Below are positions 39,458 through 54,684 of a DNA stretch of 64,000 nt, piece by piece. A program made the translations under genes and the position numbers. Each line of letters opens with the position of its first letter. The first letter of the stretch is position 1. The stretch comes from Octopus vulgaris (Eukaryota), in contig OX597815.1 of NCBI GenBank assembly GCA_951406725.2, positions 86,428,001 through 86,492,000 of the forward strand. Reading direction: 5' to 3'. Below the pieces are notes generated by a model. It searched no databases. It was not told the origin of the DNA and saw only the letters and a program-made list of their open reading frames with translations.

Positions 39458-39999
39458 ACACACACAAAATCACACTCACGTGTGCTCACTTAAAATGGAA
39501 CTACCACTCATTAATACACACGGGTACATTATTCTCTGTGTGACAAATGGAAGTAAATTGATCTTTATGGGTCTAAAGCCACGGAAAGTAATTGAAACAT
39601 CAAGACATTTTAGAGTTTTTGTTGCGCAATATCCAGTCCTTGGGTAGCAAAGATTTTTCATGCAGAAATAAACAATTAATTGCTGTTTCAATAAGATACT
39701 AATGAACAAATATTCTTATGACTAACTCCACTGCGAGGGAGACGTAAGTACAATCTATTTCCTTTGGTTCTATAGAAATATTATCTCGTACCATCTTTTC
39801 CTGCGAATGTTACCGCTATCTAGCCACTATAAATAGCGGTCATTTGCGGACTGTTCACTTTATCTTTTTTCACTGGTGAACACAAGTCGTAAGAAACATT
39901 AAATATTGCGAGCGCAAATATTAAAATATTTTTTAATGTTTACTTGTATAGGTTGTATGTATCCTTTGCCAGTGGGATTAAACGTGTAACAGTGCACAT

Positions 40000-40093
<94 letters not shown>

Positions 40094-40119
40094 GTATATA
40101 TATATACATACATACATAT

Positions 40120-40155
<36 letters not shown>

Positions 40156-40314
40156 GTGCCTCGAGCACATTGCATTCGCCTACTGCAAGATCGGTTGCAG
40201 ACAATGCAGGTAATTGTGGAATGTACATAAAGATTCATTCATATATCAGAAAAAATTTAAATGTATGTGTAAGAGAATGCTAGTTACCTGATAATTTTCA
40301 CTCAGTGTATTTGT

Positions 40315-40358
<44 letters not shown>

Positions 40359-40811
40359 CTATTTCTCTTTGCACACACTCACCCACGCTCACATTCAAAT
40401 ACACATACGCGCACTCACGCATGTACTCGTGCGCGTGCACATACACACACCCGCACTAATATAACATTGTTTACATAAGTAGGAATGCATTTAACGAACA
40501 TAAAGTTGATCTGTACCTATCTTGTTGTGCACATTAGTGTGTTTATTAAAATTAAATACATATATAATCGAATATATATAAACACACAATATATACTTAC
40601 ATCTGAGTGGGTGTGGGTATAAATACGTATGCATATACGCCTGTACGAATCTATACATTTATGCATATATGTATATACACATGCAATTCTCTCTCAACAT
40701 ATTTCTCTCCATATGTATATCTATGGGTGTGCATACATATTGATAAACACATACATGCACCAAATATACATATACATATACACGCACACACACATATACG
40801 CACACACAAAC

Positions 40812-40875
<64 letters not shown>

Positions 40876-41185
40876 GGAGGCTAGATAGATAGGTATATAT
40901 ATATATATCACGTTTATCAACGCAGATATGCTTTTACAGTGCCGTGTTCACAGTGAAATCTTTTGCCAGGAGCAATCGCTAATTGACTTTTGTACTTTAA
41001 ATGTAGCGTGTATCGTACATTTCAAATTCTATACATTCTTATCTCGTTAAACTTACATTTTATCATACAGTTTGTAAGAAAACATAACACTACCTAGGAT
41101 GTTCTTATTCCATTTTGAAACTCTTGTGTTTTTATCGTTCCTATCTTTTGGTTACCTCTGGCAAAATAAAACATCATCATCATCA

Positions 41186-41235
<50 letters not shown>

Positions 41236-41238
41236 ATT

Positions 41239-41282
<44 letters not shown>

Positions 41283-41310
41283 TATTATTATTATTATCAT
41301 CATTATTATT

Positions 41311-41491
41311 AAAGTGGCAAGCTTGTAGAATCGTTAGCACGCCGGGCAAAATACGTAGCGGCATTTCTCCCGAATTTACGTTCTGAGTTCAAATTTCACC
41401 AACGTCCATTTTGCTTTTTAATTTTTCAGGGTCAATGAAATAAGTACCAGTTAAAAAATGGGATCGATGTAATCGAATAGTCCCCCTTCCA
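41311..41491 (+). mobile_element. tRNA-derived SINE (GGTCGACTTTGCC family)
   Basis: gaatcgttagcacgccgggcaaaat..gagttcaaattt..aagtaccag..tcgatgtaatcg. Confidence 0.8.
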
Positions 41492-41717
41492 TTTATTATT
41501 ATTTGCGTCTAGAACACGAGGGCGCATGTTTGTGATTCGTATTTTATCTTTAAAATTTGTTGTTTTATTAGTTGGTGTTTACAGTTTTGTTGAACTAGTA
41601 ACTAAATAACCCGACTCGCTGAAAGCGAGACAGCTGGTGTGTCGAGAATTCGGTCTTTAAGGGCAAATTTTGAGAGTTAAATTCGCATATTTAATATTTT
41701 AAAACATAAATAACGAT

Positions 41718-44250
41718 ATGACTTTCCAAATCGAGGGTAGTCATGGTTGTTGGAATAGCCACTATGACATTGTTTTACCACCACTAGATAATGTGGTCGA
41801 AAAACGAAGCACAGACAGCAGCAACAACAACAGCCGTTCAAGAGTTTCGACCTGGAGATCTCCATTTCCAGCGACTTCGAATGGTGTCGGGCGTCAACGA
41901 AGAGCCTTCGACTACAAAAAGACGACCAAAGTTTTTTTTTTTCCAAGGTCTGGGGTCTCCCGCTCCTAAGCCCTAGACCATCACCTAATCACCCTTACCC
42001 GTCTTGTTACGTAACAACAACAACAACAACAAAAACAACAACAACAACTACAAAACAACAACGGCAACAGCAACAGAAGCAGTAGCAACGAGCAAAATAT
42101 ATTAAAAAATGAGGCAAGCGCGACCTCTTCCGCCCCCGACCCACAACCACCACTACAAGCATTAATAAAAGGCTTTTCTCTTTTCTAAGTAGAATAGGAA
42201 CGGCTTCGGATAAGCATGTCGGAATATGGAAAAAAGTCGAGATCAGACAAAAAATTTTGATCGCCACTAAGCTGCACAAAATGGTAGAACAGTCATGCTT
42301 AATAAATCGGAGGAAGCACAAGAAGACACTAAGAAAAAAGCCTATTATATACAAAAGTATATCATTAAAGAGGAGGGAACTGGAGCGAAGGAAGCAGGCC
42401 CAAATGAAAAAATAGCTGAGACCGGTTTGGGGTTTAAAAACTAATATCTAACCACAGTTTTGGTTAGATTCCGAATTGAAGAATTAGCCAAAGAAAATCT
42501 CACAACAACCCTCAACAGTAAGAAATTATGGCTAATTTCGACATAGCTCGGTTGGAGAGTTGTCAAAATAAAAGTACGGGAGATGCCACCAGAAATGGAT
42601 ATCTCTTGGTTTGTTGAGAACAAAATATAAATGTTGCAAGTGCACAAAATGGGAAAGGAGAATTGGTAAGGCACGGGCATGGAATTGTTGTTCTACGCCG
42701 GTCTGGCAGTACCAAAGCTCTCCTTGACCTAACTAACCTACCAATATGGAACACAGCGTTTTGTTGCAGTAGATAGTAGAAAGCCAAGATGCCACATTTA
42801 TGGCGAAACAAACAATTTGGTGATTTTTACCCCATGCAAAGTAGGTAAAAGTTCCTCAGACAACTGTAACACAACAACAAAACTACAACAAAACTAATAG
42901 CAACGCTAGAAACAACAACAGCACCAACAGCATCAGTGCTAAGAGTAGCAGCGTCCAAAAGCAAAACCACAACAGTATCAGCAGAAAGAGCAACAGGAGA
43001 AATCTATTCAACATCAGCAGCAAGTTTCGGTACACCATCCGAGAAAAACTATAGCAACACCTAAGTGGCGATACCACCAGCTTAGAAATGCGTTACTGCA
43101 GATAAACCTCTCCCTTCTGCCACATATTTTTCGGACTGTGAAAACTCTTCTAGCGAGGAAAACAGTCTTTGAAACCCACCAGCGTGGATCCTGGTGAAAG
43201 GAGAAAACAATTACAAAATGAAAAGCGTGGTGCAAGACTAAAAAGAGAAAGACTAGAAGAGGAGATACAAAATATAATAAACTATCATGTAATCACACAC
43301 CCTACAACAACCCAATTACAAACATCTCCAGCACTACAAACACCATCAAAATTACAAACACCACAAGAAGCATAACAACCCAGACCAACAACATGGACAA
43401 CACTCCCAAGACATCATGAATTAGACGGCCATACACACAAACAACATGAATTTAATAAAATATATACAAAATTACATAGACATTACTCTAAGTCAATATA
43501 TTGCAAACCCGCACAACACCCCTATCCACATAAAAATTATAAAACCAATGCATCAAATTTACAAGAAGCTGAAAGTAAAATATCCCAAAGCAATGGTTGG
43601 TTTCCGTGGGACCACAAATAAAAGACACTGTAAAGAAATGCTTGAGGAAACACCCACAAATAAACAGAAGGACAGAAAATTTGTCTCTACACAGAAATAG
43701 GCTAAGTGATTTTCTTCATTCTCCTCTCTGACAAAAATATTCTTCCTCAGAATAAGTAGTATAAATGCACGTAGCATCTTGGAACAGAACCAGCGGCCCC
43801 CATGAACTCGGGTCACTCATGGGTCTTCTTATCTACACGAATGATGAAAGCTGGAAAGCATCATGGACCTGATCGAACGACCAGATTTGTGACAGTAGAA
43901 GGCAGAACACAGTGCAATATGTGATGTCACCATCCACCTAAAAGAATTCAACCTTCAACCCAGGAGAAAACAGTAAGATTTCAATTATTACTAACTCAAG
44001 AATCACAGCAACATTAAAGTCAACACAACTTCAGCAACGACTAGTATACCTGCAGCTGCGGCAATGGTAAAACTAATACCAAAATTACAATCCCAGACAA
44101 CAGCAACAGGAATGTCCCTAAAATAATCACAACAGGAATGTCTCTCAAAAGAATTACAAATAGGGATCAAGATCATTAAGCAAAGGGGTAGTCTTAGTAC
44201 CATCGTTACACTGAAAAGAAGTCATTCTTTCCACACAAATCACGAAAACA
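41718..44250 (+). pseudogene. Decayed retroelement ORF1/gag-like region with two degenerate zinc-knuckle units
   Basis: VKIKVREMPPEMD (~42560), VAVDSRKPRCHIYG (~42770) and VTVEGRTQCNM..HLK (~43890) resemble the VEGR.P.C..CG..GH motif of LINE ORF1; ACA-rich spacers. Confidence 0.4.
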
Positions 44251-44899
44251 AAAATATACACTTACACGAATGTTTGGATCTGGTTTAGTAACCTCTCGTC
44301 ATTTGTACAAATATATTGTCCTAGTTTCAGTTTGGGGGCGGAATCTAACAGTAACTTATGCGTCTGGATGCATGCTTTTTGTAGTGTTTCATTTTGGAGA
44401 ATGGGAAACTTGTATGGAACGCACGTAAATTTAAGGTCTTTGGCATCTGGAATCTAGCCATGATCTCACTGTGCTGTAGCAACCTTACAATAGAATTGTG
44501 GAAAGTCAATACACATTTTATGTACAGGTTTAGTGAATGATATTAAACAACGATTACTATAAAGCAATTCTGAGACTGGAAGAGGGAGATGTGAGTTGTA
44601 TATTCTGGTGGACTTTCAGATAGGACGATTTCTAAACACCTCTTGTCTGGCAGGTAGAGGTTGCGTTGCCTGTGCGAGATAATCTTTATAGGTATGGCCA
44701 TCTTGAAGATAATTGATACACACTTGTTTAGCTTACCTGCATTACAGCTTGTGAGTTTCTCTCTTAGTATATATATGTATGTATATATAAATGGAGGTGT
44801 TCGTGTGTGTGTGGGGGTGTCTATACAAATTTGAGTGAATGAACAAATGAAAATAGCACATTTTAGGGGAGTTTTTATAGCGGTTTTGCACACCTACCT

Positions 44900-45835
44900 A
44901 CATCTTAAAGATCCGTAGATGCAGAACACATTCACATCAGCAGACGATTTGATCAGGGTGGAGAGAATTTAAAAGAACATTCTAAAAGATTGAGAAAAGG
45001 TATTGGTCATTCAGGTATTTCGTTAGCTTGTTACAACAATACTTTCATTACATATTCCACGTGATAGGTAGGCAGATTGTTTGCGTCAGTTATTCGGTAT
45101 TCTCTGGGGTATCGTATTTCAGGGACAAAAATTACCGCATGGAAAGTTAACCTGTTTTTGTATAAATTTACCCTTAAAAACGTTACCTGTTATGTCTATG
45201 TAGTTTCTCGTAATGTCATCTGTTAGTGTGAGGATAGCTATATACACAACTTTTGTAAAGTAAGATATTACAAGTTAGCAATTGGTAGGATTTCAGCAAA
45301 TATGGTTTGGACTGTGCAGCGAATATTGTGTTTCTCATGTCTAGGATTGATGTGGCGTGCAATGATAGAAGTGATATTTGCCAGGCATGTGTAACTTACC
45401 TTGATGTTGAGATTATATAAATTAAAGAGCTTGGAAATCTATATGTTCTTGGGAAATGCTTTCTAATTAGCGTCAGCAAGCTCCTAGCTATATCAGAGGA
45501 AATATCTCAGTTCAATGAAGAAGTGAACTAGATTACCTTTCTCGTTGGAACTCTCTTCATGTTTGGAGGTAGGGTGAGTGATCATTCACGTACATTAATT
45601 TATTATTAAAGCGACTCTAATGGAGTACAAACCTGTTAGCTATCCTCGTATCTATTGGTATATTAGAGATACTGACCAGTTCATCAATTATAGCTTTGAC
45701 GTTGTCGTTTCAATAGTTATAAATATTTTCCTTGTTTAGCTTCCTATAAGGTTAATACTTGGATGTTATTAACTGTTATATATTGGCCGATTCATTTGAA
45801 TACGTTTGTAATAATCATTGTGAACTTATCCTTGT
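44900..45835 (-). mobile_element. Penelope-like element remnant (RT thumb, linker, GIY-YIG)
   Basis: Minus translation PYRKLN..RKVI*F..LIRKHFP..KLFN..IKVSYTCLANITSIIARH..KVVYIAIL..RNYIDITGNVFK; same type as the elements at 2610 and 18091. Confidence 0.75.
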
Positions 45836-45934
45836 CATTCAGATGGGTTGAGATTGCTCGGTCTACATGCGTGTGAGTGTGTGTGTGTGAGCACGCATAT
45901 ATATATACATACATACATACAAACATACATACAT

Positions 45935-46990
<1,056 letters not shown>

Positions 46991-49900
46991 TAGAAAGAGC
47001 CTTAAACCTTTGCAAACCTGTCCATTTGGTGACTTTTGCAAGGAACTTGTCATATTTTCACTTGAATCGGTTTTCTCCCTGTGCTTTAAGGCTTTTTGCC
47101 AAAATGCATTTCAAGGTACAAAGAACGTTCCACACAGATTGCAAGGTAGATCTTCCTCTCTTCCCCACGTATCAAGGTTATTTGAGGGAAGTAAGAGATC
47201 ATCGATAGCATGCAAGAGGAAGGACAATTTTCCTAAATCTGTACTTTACAGTCCCTTTTACGACTGTCAATTCTCGCGTGCTTGGTCCTATTAAATCCAT
47301 TGTCACAGTAGGAAAAGGCTTACTGCCTTCTCTCGGTGATCTTCAGTTTAATTTGGGACCCTTTAACTTATGAGCTCTCTCATGAACCCGGTATCGGTGT
47401 TTATCCACCTCTTCGTGCAGTAGTTGCCAAAGCCTGACCGCTCTTGACAAATTACTCCAACAATCCCTTGGTGCTTCCTGTATATTTCCACTTGTTTCAC
47501 AGCGTCCTGGTGCTTCCTCTTTATGGCCTGGTTGGCCTATGCAATTCTTATCCTAAGATAGACGCAATACGCTGATTGATCTGCCTTAATGGCTGTCGAT
47601 TCCTCTACCAATGACGAAAGTGTTCGACAGAGCTTAAAGTTCTTATTGTTCAGATTGACTGAATTGAATGTTGGGGAGAAGGTCAGCAACCTTCTCACGA
47701 TTTAACTGCGCAGCCTCTCCATGGCCTCCACCCGAGTTATAGGATTTAAACAGAATATAACTTACATCTTCGTATTTACACGTATAACCAAATATTTAGT
47801 TATTAGTTGGAGTAAAATAGCTTCAGATAGGAATTAAAACTAAATGAAAGTCCTATCTCTCTTGGATAAAAATATGCATAAAATTAAATAAGTACTCATA
47901 TACTCACAAATTTACTGGTATAGGAATAGGTAGCAAGAAAAGTACCAAATTTCGTTCACTTTCCGGTAGTAACACTAAATAACCTTAATAGCAGCACCTG
48001 CTGCGACAATTTTCCATATATAAGATAGTCCATTACAGTAACACACGGAAAAATTTGTAAACTACGCTCCAGTGTCTATTTTCTAATCATCGATTTTATT
48101 TTTAGCATTTCACTTTAAACTTCCTTCTAAAGTACACATAAATACAAGCTTTTCAACACTCTTAATGTTGTGGTTACATACATTTGTTTTGAAAACATCG
48201 CATCCATCAAAACATGCTCCAAACAGGTTAAAATATACATCTACTATGCATTACTTATTTCATGCTCTTAACTACAACTCCCAAAATCAGTTCATCCTAT
48301 CTATGAAATTAAGCATTTTCACGGTTTAGAAATATGAGATATTACTGTTCAAAAGTGATGGACACTAAAGTTCTTTAGGAAGGAATGAATAAGTATCTCA
48401 TTTTTTCCTTTCTATTAACGTGTGGCATTATATCTGAGAAACTAATCGATATTTCTCCCTCTATTGATTTACTTTATTATTTTTCGTATTATAATTTTAT
48501 CTTCATTGCTTTTGATGTGTAATTTCTTCGAATTGCCAACCAAATAACCGCCTCTGCCCTATTCAATATCTGCTAGAATTGTAACACCCATTTTAAAAAT
48601 TTACCAGGAACAATTTGCCAAAAGTATCACGCGAGATACTTTTAAAACATTGAAAATAAGAAATTGAAGCAGTGAATTCTTTAACCTCGAAGATAAAAAT
48701 CAGGACAATAACAGCTTCTGGCAGATCGAATAGTAATCAAATTCTTATTGTTTTTCCTTACTCTTTTAGATTTAATATGTATTTTTGATTTGTGTGACCA
48801 GCATTTCTTTCTTTTGTTAATTATTTTTGTATAGTTTTGGCATTGAAGTTGTGTAAAAATATTCAACCGAATATTTCATGCATTTGATTTTAATAATTGG
48901 CTTTTCAGGACGTTTGCTGTGCCAAATGCATTATAGATTCGACTGAGATATGTTCCCGACCTTCTAACTTGACAATCAACTTATGCTAATAGAGCACAAA
49001 TCAAAGAAGCGTTATTTATTTATTTACTTTCTTGAATGATACAAATATATTTAGACAATGTTTTCCTGTATTGTATACAAATGATCTGAATCACCGCTAT
49101 TTTTTTCCAATTCTAATCCGAAGCAATCCCATCCGACAATAGCGAATACAGTCACTATTGTTGAACAGAACATTGTTTTTAATTTTCTATCATCAAGAAA
49201 TTTATATGGAGTCTCGAAATACTGTCTGAAAAATTGCCGAAAATAATTCAACATAGACATATTTTTATTTGCTTTCATTAATATATCACAGGAATATGTT
49301 GCTAGCCATCGAAATATGTATTTCTATGGAGTAGCTCCATACAAATAACTTTTACTCGGAAGGACGACTCGGTTGATTTAGTACATTACTGACATATATT
49401 TTGTCATCCCTAGATAACCGAAAGCCAAAGTTGACTTAGTTGGAATTTAAAACGTGAACTACTGTAAAATATTTATTAACGCTGGCCTTATAGTTTCTAC
49501 TTATAATCTTAACTCTAGACGAAGCAATTAATTAAGGCGTCTACTATGCAGTCACATGCCCTGCTGGAAATAGCAACCAGTTAATACAATACAATCTTTA
49601 CAAAGGTTACACAAATAATATGCTCCTATAACTTGCATTATTAAGACTGAATGATCTTATTCCAACATCTACCGGTCTTGCACATACCTACTACAAATCA
49701 AAAACAATACAAACATGATAACAGAAGTAGAAATTGTACTAACTATCGATTACTTTCTCATATGTAATGTCATACATTAATTGAAATAAAGGACTGAGAC
49801 AGTTGGGAACTCGTTCTTTTCAATAAGGCATTAGTGTTCATAACGTTTCGACACTAATATCTCATATTTCCAAACCATTGAAACATTACATTTCAATGAT

Positions 49901-52900
49901 GTACATTTGCACTGATTTTGGAGGTTGCAAATAAATTCAATTTCCTGAGACACACAAATGCTTACGACATTCCTTCCTTGTGTTCTTGGGATAGATAAGG
50001 ACACCACAGCTCACTTTCCTTACTCCAAAGTCAGCAAAACATACAGGTTGAATAATACTTCTGATCATGAGATGTCGAACAATAGACTACGTAGTAATAC
50101 TGATAGTGAGATATGTAACCCTATTGTAAGCGCAGAAGACAACGTGTTCGTGTAGTTATTGAATGATAAATATAGTATAGTACTCATTACTTCTCAGGTA
50201 CAATCTAACTAAAATCGTGCTTAATAAATAACCAACAACATTCACGCTTTAAAATGTGGGACTGCAACACTGTACCGCATTTACTTATCAGATCTTAGAG
50301 ATAGAAAGAATATAGCTGAAGTTACAAAATACAATCACCGATTTTTTGGCTTGGCTTGTCTGGTATTCTGTCAATCCAGTCAGTAATTGTAATTGGGAAA
50401 TAATAAATCATTGTGTTGTGTTCACAAGAACACAATGTCCGTTATTTGCTACAGGAAACCGAGAAAGAGTGTTAAACTCCATCTAATTTATCTTAATGGT
50501 ATACGTGAAGTGAATTACATTCAATGCAGCGCAGAAACCCACAGGCTGAGCATAGATTAATGAAAGTTTAATTCTTGCTCTACAGTACTCACTATTGAAA
50601 TAAATAAAAAGTAAGTTGTTAAAGAAGTTGTAGTCTGACAACAAACGGATTATTTGTTTAGATTTCTTTTACAAAAGTTTTATTTTTACATATTTCCCTT
50701 GGTGATGAAATTGTTTTCGCGAACTGATTTTAGTAGCCAATCAGTAATTCATAGCCTGATCCTGCTGTGAGTTTGATAACCAATCACTAAAGTGAATAGC
50801 ATTAATGGCTATGAGTAGCAGTAGAATTAGCTAACGTCTTCAACATATGAATACATATCTTTGTGTGAGAAATATATGCAGTACTTTACAATAGAATAAT
50901 GTTGGGGATAAAGCCGCAAATTTGAGGAAGAACATTTTCTGACAATAGATAATTTTGCAACAATAAAAATATACTTTCGTATATTGAATTAATTTATTCT
51001 ATGTCTGGATGGTTTTCTTGTGTAATTAAATCATGTATTCGTTTCTTTTAATAAGACACAGACAACAATGACCTAACGTAGATTGGTATTTAAGTGACTC
51101 ACCTTCGTATCATTCTGACAACATGAACAAAATATTAAGTTTCCATTACATTCAAAAGAGTGTATAAAAGAAATGTTTAGGCACAACGTTTCAGATGTAT
51201 ATAAAAATGAAACGTTGTGAAATTAATGCATTTCTAAAGCGTATTAGCAATGTCAGTGAAGTGACATGTCTATAACGAAGAATGAAGCCAGGTTACGTTC
51301 TTATGTCGTTGATAGTTTAGGTTGTATAAATGACTATGCATATGGCAGCATCATGCAGTTATTATCAATTCTGTCTGTCAATTATTTCCAAGTGAGATTA
51401 CTTCCAATGAAATGATCATTCATTACTTTCCTATATGCAGTATACATAATAGAAATAAATGTTTTCTTACGATTTATATATTAAATACGACTCCATTAGG
51501 GGGAACGTCATGTCAAAATAATAGAGTATAAATGGCGTTAAATTGCTATAATTGGTAAAGAGGCGAACGTAGTATTTGGAATTATATTCAGTTTACATTT
51601 TGAGTTCGAATCATTAGACTCTCCTTTTCATCTCTATAAAGTCTATAAGTACTAGAAGAGCATTTAGGCTAATTCAACCAATTGTACAGCCCTACAAATT
51701 TTACCTGTCTTTATAAATAATAATACTCATCATCATCATCATCATTATCATCGTTTGTGATGGACGTATTTCTTGTGCGCTGTGGAATAATTGTTAAATT
51801 TTGTAGGTAATTTCTTTACTACTGCGCTTTTTTTATTAAATCTTTGAATCAGAAATCTGACTTCATAGTGAGAAAAAGGGCTGAGTCAGACTGTTCCTTA
51901 AAGCGCATAATTTTTGTATTATTTCACCTGTTTCCGTCTGCATTTCTTCTCTGTTGGAATTATCAGATTCAGTGAAGAGGTAGCAGGTGAGATGACACAT
52001 TCTATTATCAATCTCATTAGTGAACATTATCCTGCTCTTCCTTCTAATACGGTAACCGCCCATTGTGTCTAAAAGAATCAGTGCGTGCACAAGAACAACA
52101 ACAACAAGAGTAATTGTAACGACAACTATAGCAATATTTAGGGCAACATGTTTAACAAAGAGAACACGAACACGATTCACAACGACAGTAGCAACAGCAA
52201 TAACAACAATGACCGCGAAAGCAACAATAGTAACAACTGCAACAACAGCAGCAACAACAAAAGCAACAACTACTACAGCAATGACGACAAAATAAATGTG
52301 GTGGTTGTGGCTCTTTGGGCAGGCAATCTTTTGATGCCATGGCGACAAACTGGACAACATATTTCTCGTTGTAGTGAAACAAAGAGGTGGCACGCCAAAC
52401 ACAGGCGGCACCGTGAAAGTAAGCACAATGGTTGCCCAAGTTGCAATCCTGGCTGAATTTTTGGCAGCAACTGCTCGAAAGCAGTACTGTATCACTGTGT
52501 ATCAGCTAAGAAACAGTAGCACACCCCAAGTGGTAAGAGCCCTCAAACATATATGGGGAAGCATAGAACATGTGACTGGGGACAGTTCGAGAGCATGTGA
52601 CATGTGACAATTCGAGAGCATGAATTTCCATTTTAGAAGAAAATTTCAAACGGAGCAGCACCAGGAGAAGGCGTACAAACACAACATTAGCAAAACACAT
52701 TTCCCAAAATTAGCGTTGATAAGGAGCACAAATCAAAAGCTAATGTCTTTTATCATACAAACGGAAAACATTGAGGCAGACGAAGTGATATTCAACACCA
52801 GCAATTTCAAGTACATCAAAATTTGAAAATATTAAAGCCGTACTTGGAGATAAATAAAAAAAATGAGGGTAGGTTTCTCCAATAACATGGGAAGTTCTAA

Positions 52901-53069
52901 TCCTAGCGCAAGGTCCAGCAATAAACATTTTAGAGGTTTCCCAAAGGACAGAGAACAAATACACAGAGAACGAGGCACATATTCTTCGGAACCAACAAAT
53001 GGATAAATATCCCATCTCTTTTTCCCTTCCACCTTTTCAATCGACATGAGAGCTCTAAAAGCTCTAAAA

Positions 53070-54050
53070 GTATAAATGCAGGTTCCTAGGGGTCATTCTG
53101 GAAGCGGGGTCACCTGCTCAAAGATATCAGGTTACTAATTTTGGATGTGATAGAAATCAGTAAGCTCAGTATTTCCAACTCACGCACCTTAGTACCCAGT
53201 TTATGGAAACTTTGAAATCTCTGCATTTCTTACTGTGTCAAAAATAGGAAACTAGTTGGGGGTGTCCTTTAATAAAGGCTTGGTCCTTGAGATACAGTCA
53301 GTCTTCCTAGACGTGGAGAGAAAATCAATGTTCCTGAATGGAAATGGTAGCGAAGGTGGCGCATTTAGATTAGCCAACGTGTATGATCCGACTCGGGTGG
53401 CACAACCAAATTTCTTCAGGTATCTAGAAGACATTCCTGAGAACGACCCGCTCTTTAATGCAACTGAGGCTATAAATCCATCTTGTACGCATGTCTGAAT
53501 TGTGTGGGGTAAGTTGTTAGGAGAGGGGAGTGCAAAAATCCCGCAACCTGCTCAGTTGTCTCCAATTATCTGACAGGTACTACCTGCATTTAAGGAATGC
53601 ATTTAAGGTATGCCTCACTGTGGACATGGGCAAACATCATCCGATCACCTAGATCATATTGCACGTTTGGGATAAACACACAAGCATAGTAGCGTCGTCA
53701 GGCGCACATACCTGAATTGCCTGCTGAGGGAGGAAATCGTCTTCCACACGCCCGTACAGTGTTTGAGCATTGCTGACTTGTGAAGATCTGTAGAAAAGCT
53801 GCTATCACGTGTAGGTTGCACCCAGTTATCAGCCGTCTCCATTGTGAAGATTGTAGTGTTGACTTCCTTTGGCCGTAAAGGACAAGTAGTTTTCTCTTCT
53901 GTGGTTGATGAGACCCAAAGGGCTGAAGACAGCCACTTGCTTCTCCAACCAAGCGTCAAGGACTTTCTAAGTTCCCCTTGGAAATGAATGTGAGGTTGAA
54001 GTGCGCGGTTCTACCTCCCCCATACACTTGTAATATGGTGGGTGAATGTA
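53070..54050 (+). mobile_element. Tx1/L1-type ORF2 remnant: APE endonuclease joined to the C-terminal domain, RT deleted
   Basis: KRGHLLKDI..VFLDVERK..AFRLANVYDP..FFRYLE; then EEIVFHTPVQCLSIADL..EKLLSRVG..LSAVSIVKI, homologous to ORF 27611-28060. Confidence 0.75.
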
Positions 54051-54104
54051 GCAAGAATCGCCAGGGTGAATAGATCTACCTTATGCATGTAGGTTGAAAA
54101 GAAC

Positions 54105-54437
54105 AAATTAATTAATAATTATTTATAAGTTCATCAAAATCCATGATTGTATATAAGCACTTATACAGACAGAATTTGTTGACAGTATTTGATAGGGGAA
54201 AGTGTGTCAAATCTTCATAAGAAATCATATTTAAATATTTATACAGAATTTTATGTGAATGACCAATTTTTTCCTCATTTCCAGTCTTGTATGTATGTTA
54301 AATATGATTTCTGATGAAGGTTTGACTAAGCAATACATCCTTTCTCCTATCAAATACTGTCAACAAATTCTGTCTGTATAAGTGCTTATATACAATCATG
54401 GATTTTGATGAACTTATAAATAATTATTAATTAATTT
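54105..54437. repeat. Long inverted repeat (5' inversion of a PLE-type pseudo-LTR)
   Basis: Outer ~92 bp of the arms are identical; inner ~40 bp are diverged; CTGATGA at ~54312. Confidence 0.9.
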
Positions 54438-54587
54438 TACTACTTATTTTGAACACTTTTATGTAAACTGTTTAAACACAAACTCCTCTTAACATTTTCT
54501 CATCATTGTCAAAGACTTATCACTGTATTTTAATACATCTATGTTAACCATTTTTTAACACGACAAAGGCTACACAAAGCGTTACAT

Positions 54588-54634
54588 TTTACTTTTGAAA
54601 ATCTTTTTATAAAAAATGAAACCGGCCGAGTAAA
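54588..54634 (+). ncRNA. Degenerate type-I hammerhead motif (U3:A8 core)
   Basis: tttactt-TTGAAAA-tctttttataaaaaat-GAAA-ccgg-CC-gagtaaa; U16.1 replaced by C. Confidence 0.5.
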
Positions 54635-54684
54635 TAAACATCTTTAAAAGACGTCTGCATTTTCAAATCCTCTTCCCTATATAT

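Noticed and set aside
51863-52495. 210-aa hydrophobic ORF as a membrane protein
   Set aside because: It is the antisense reading of a degenerate (ACA/GCA)n tract.
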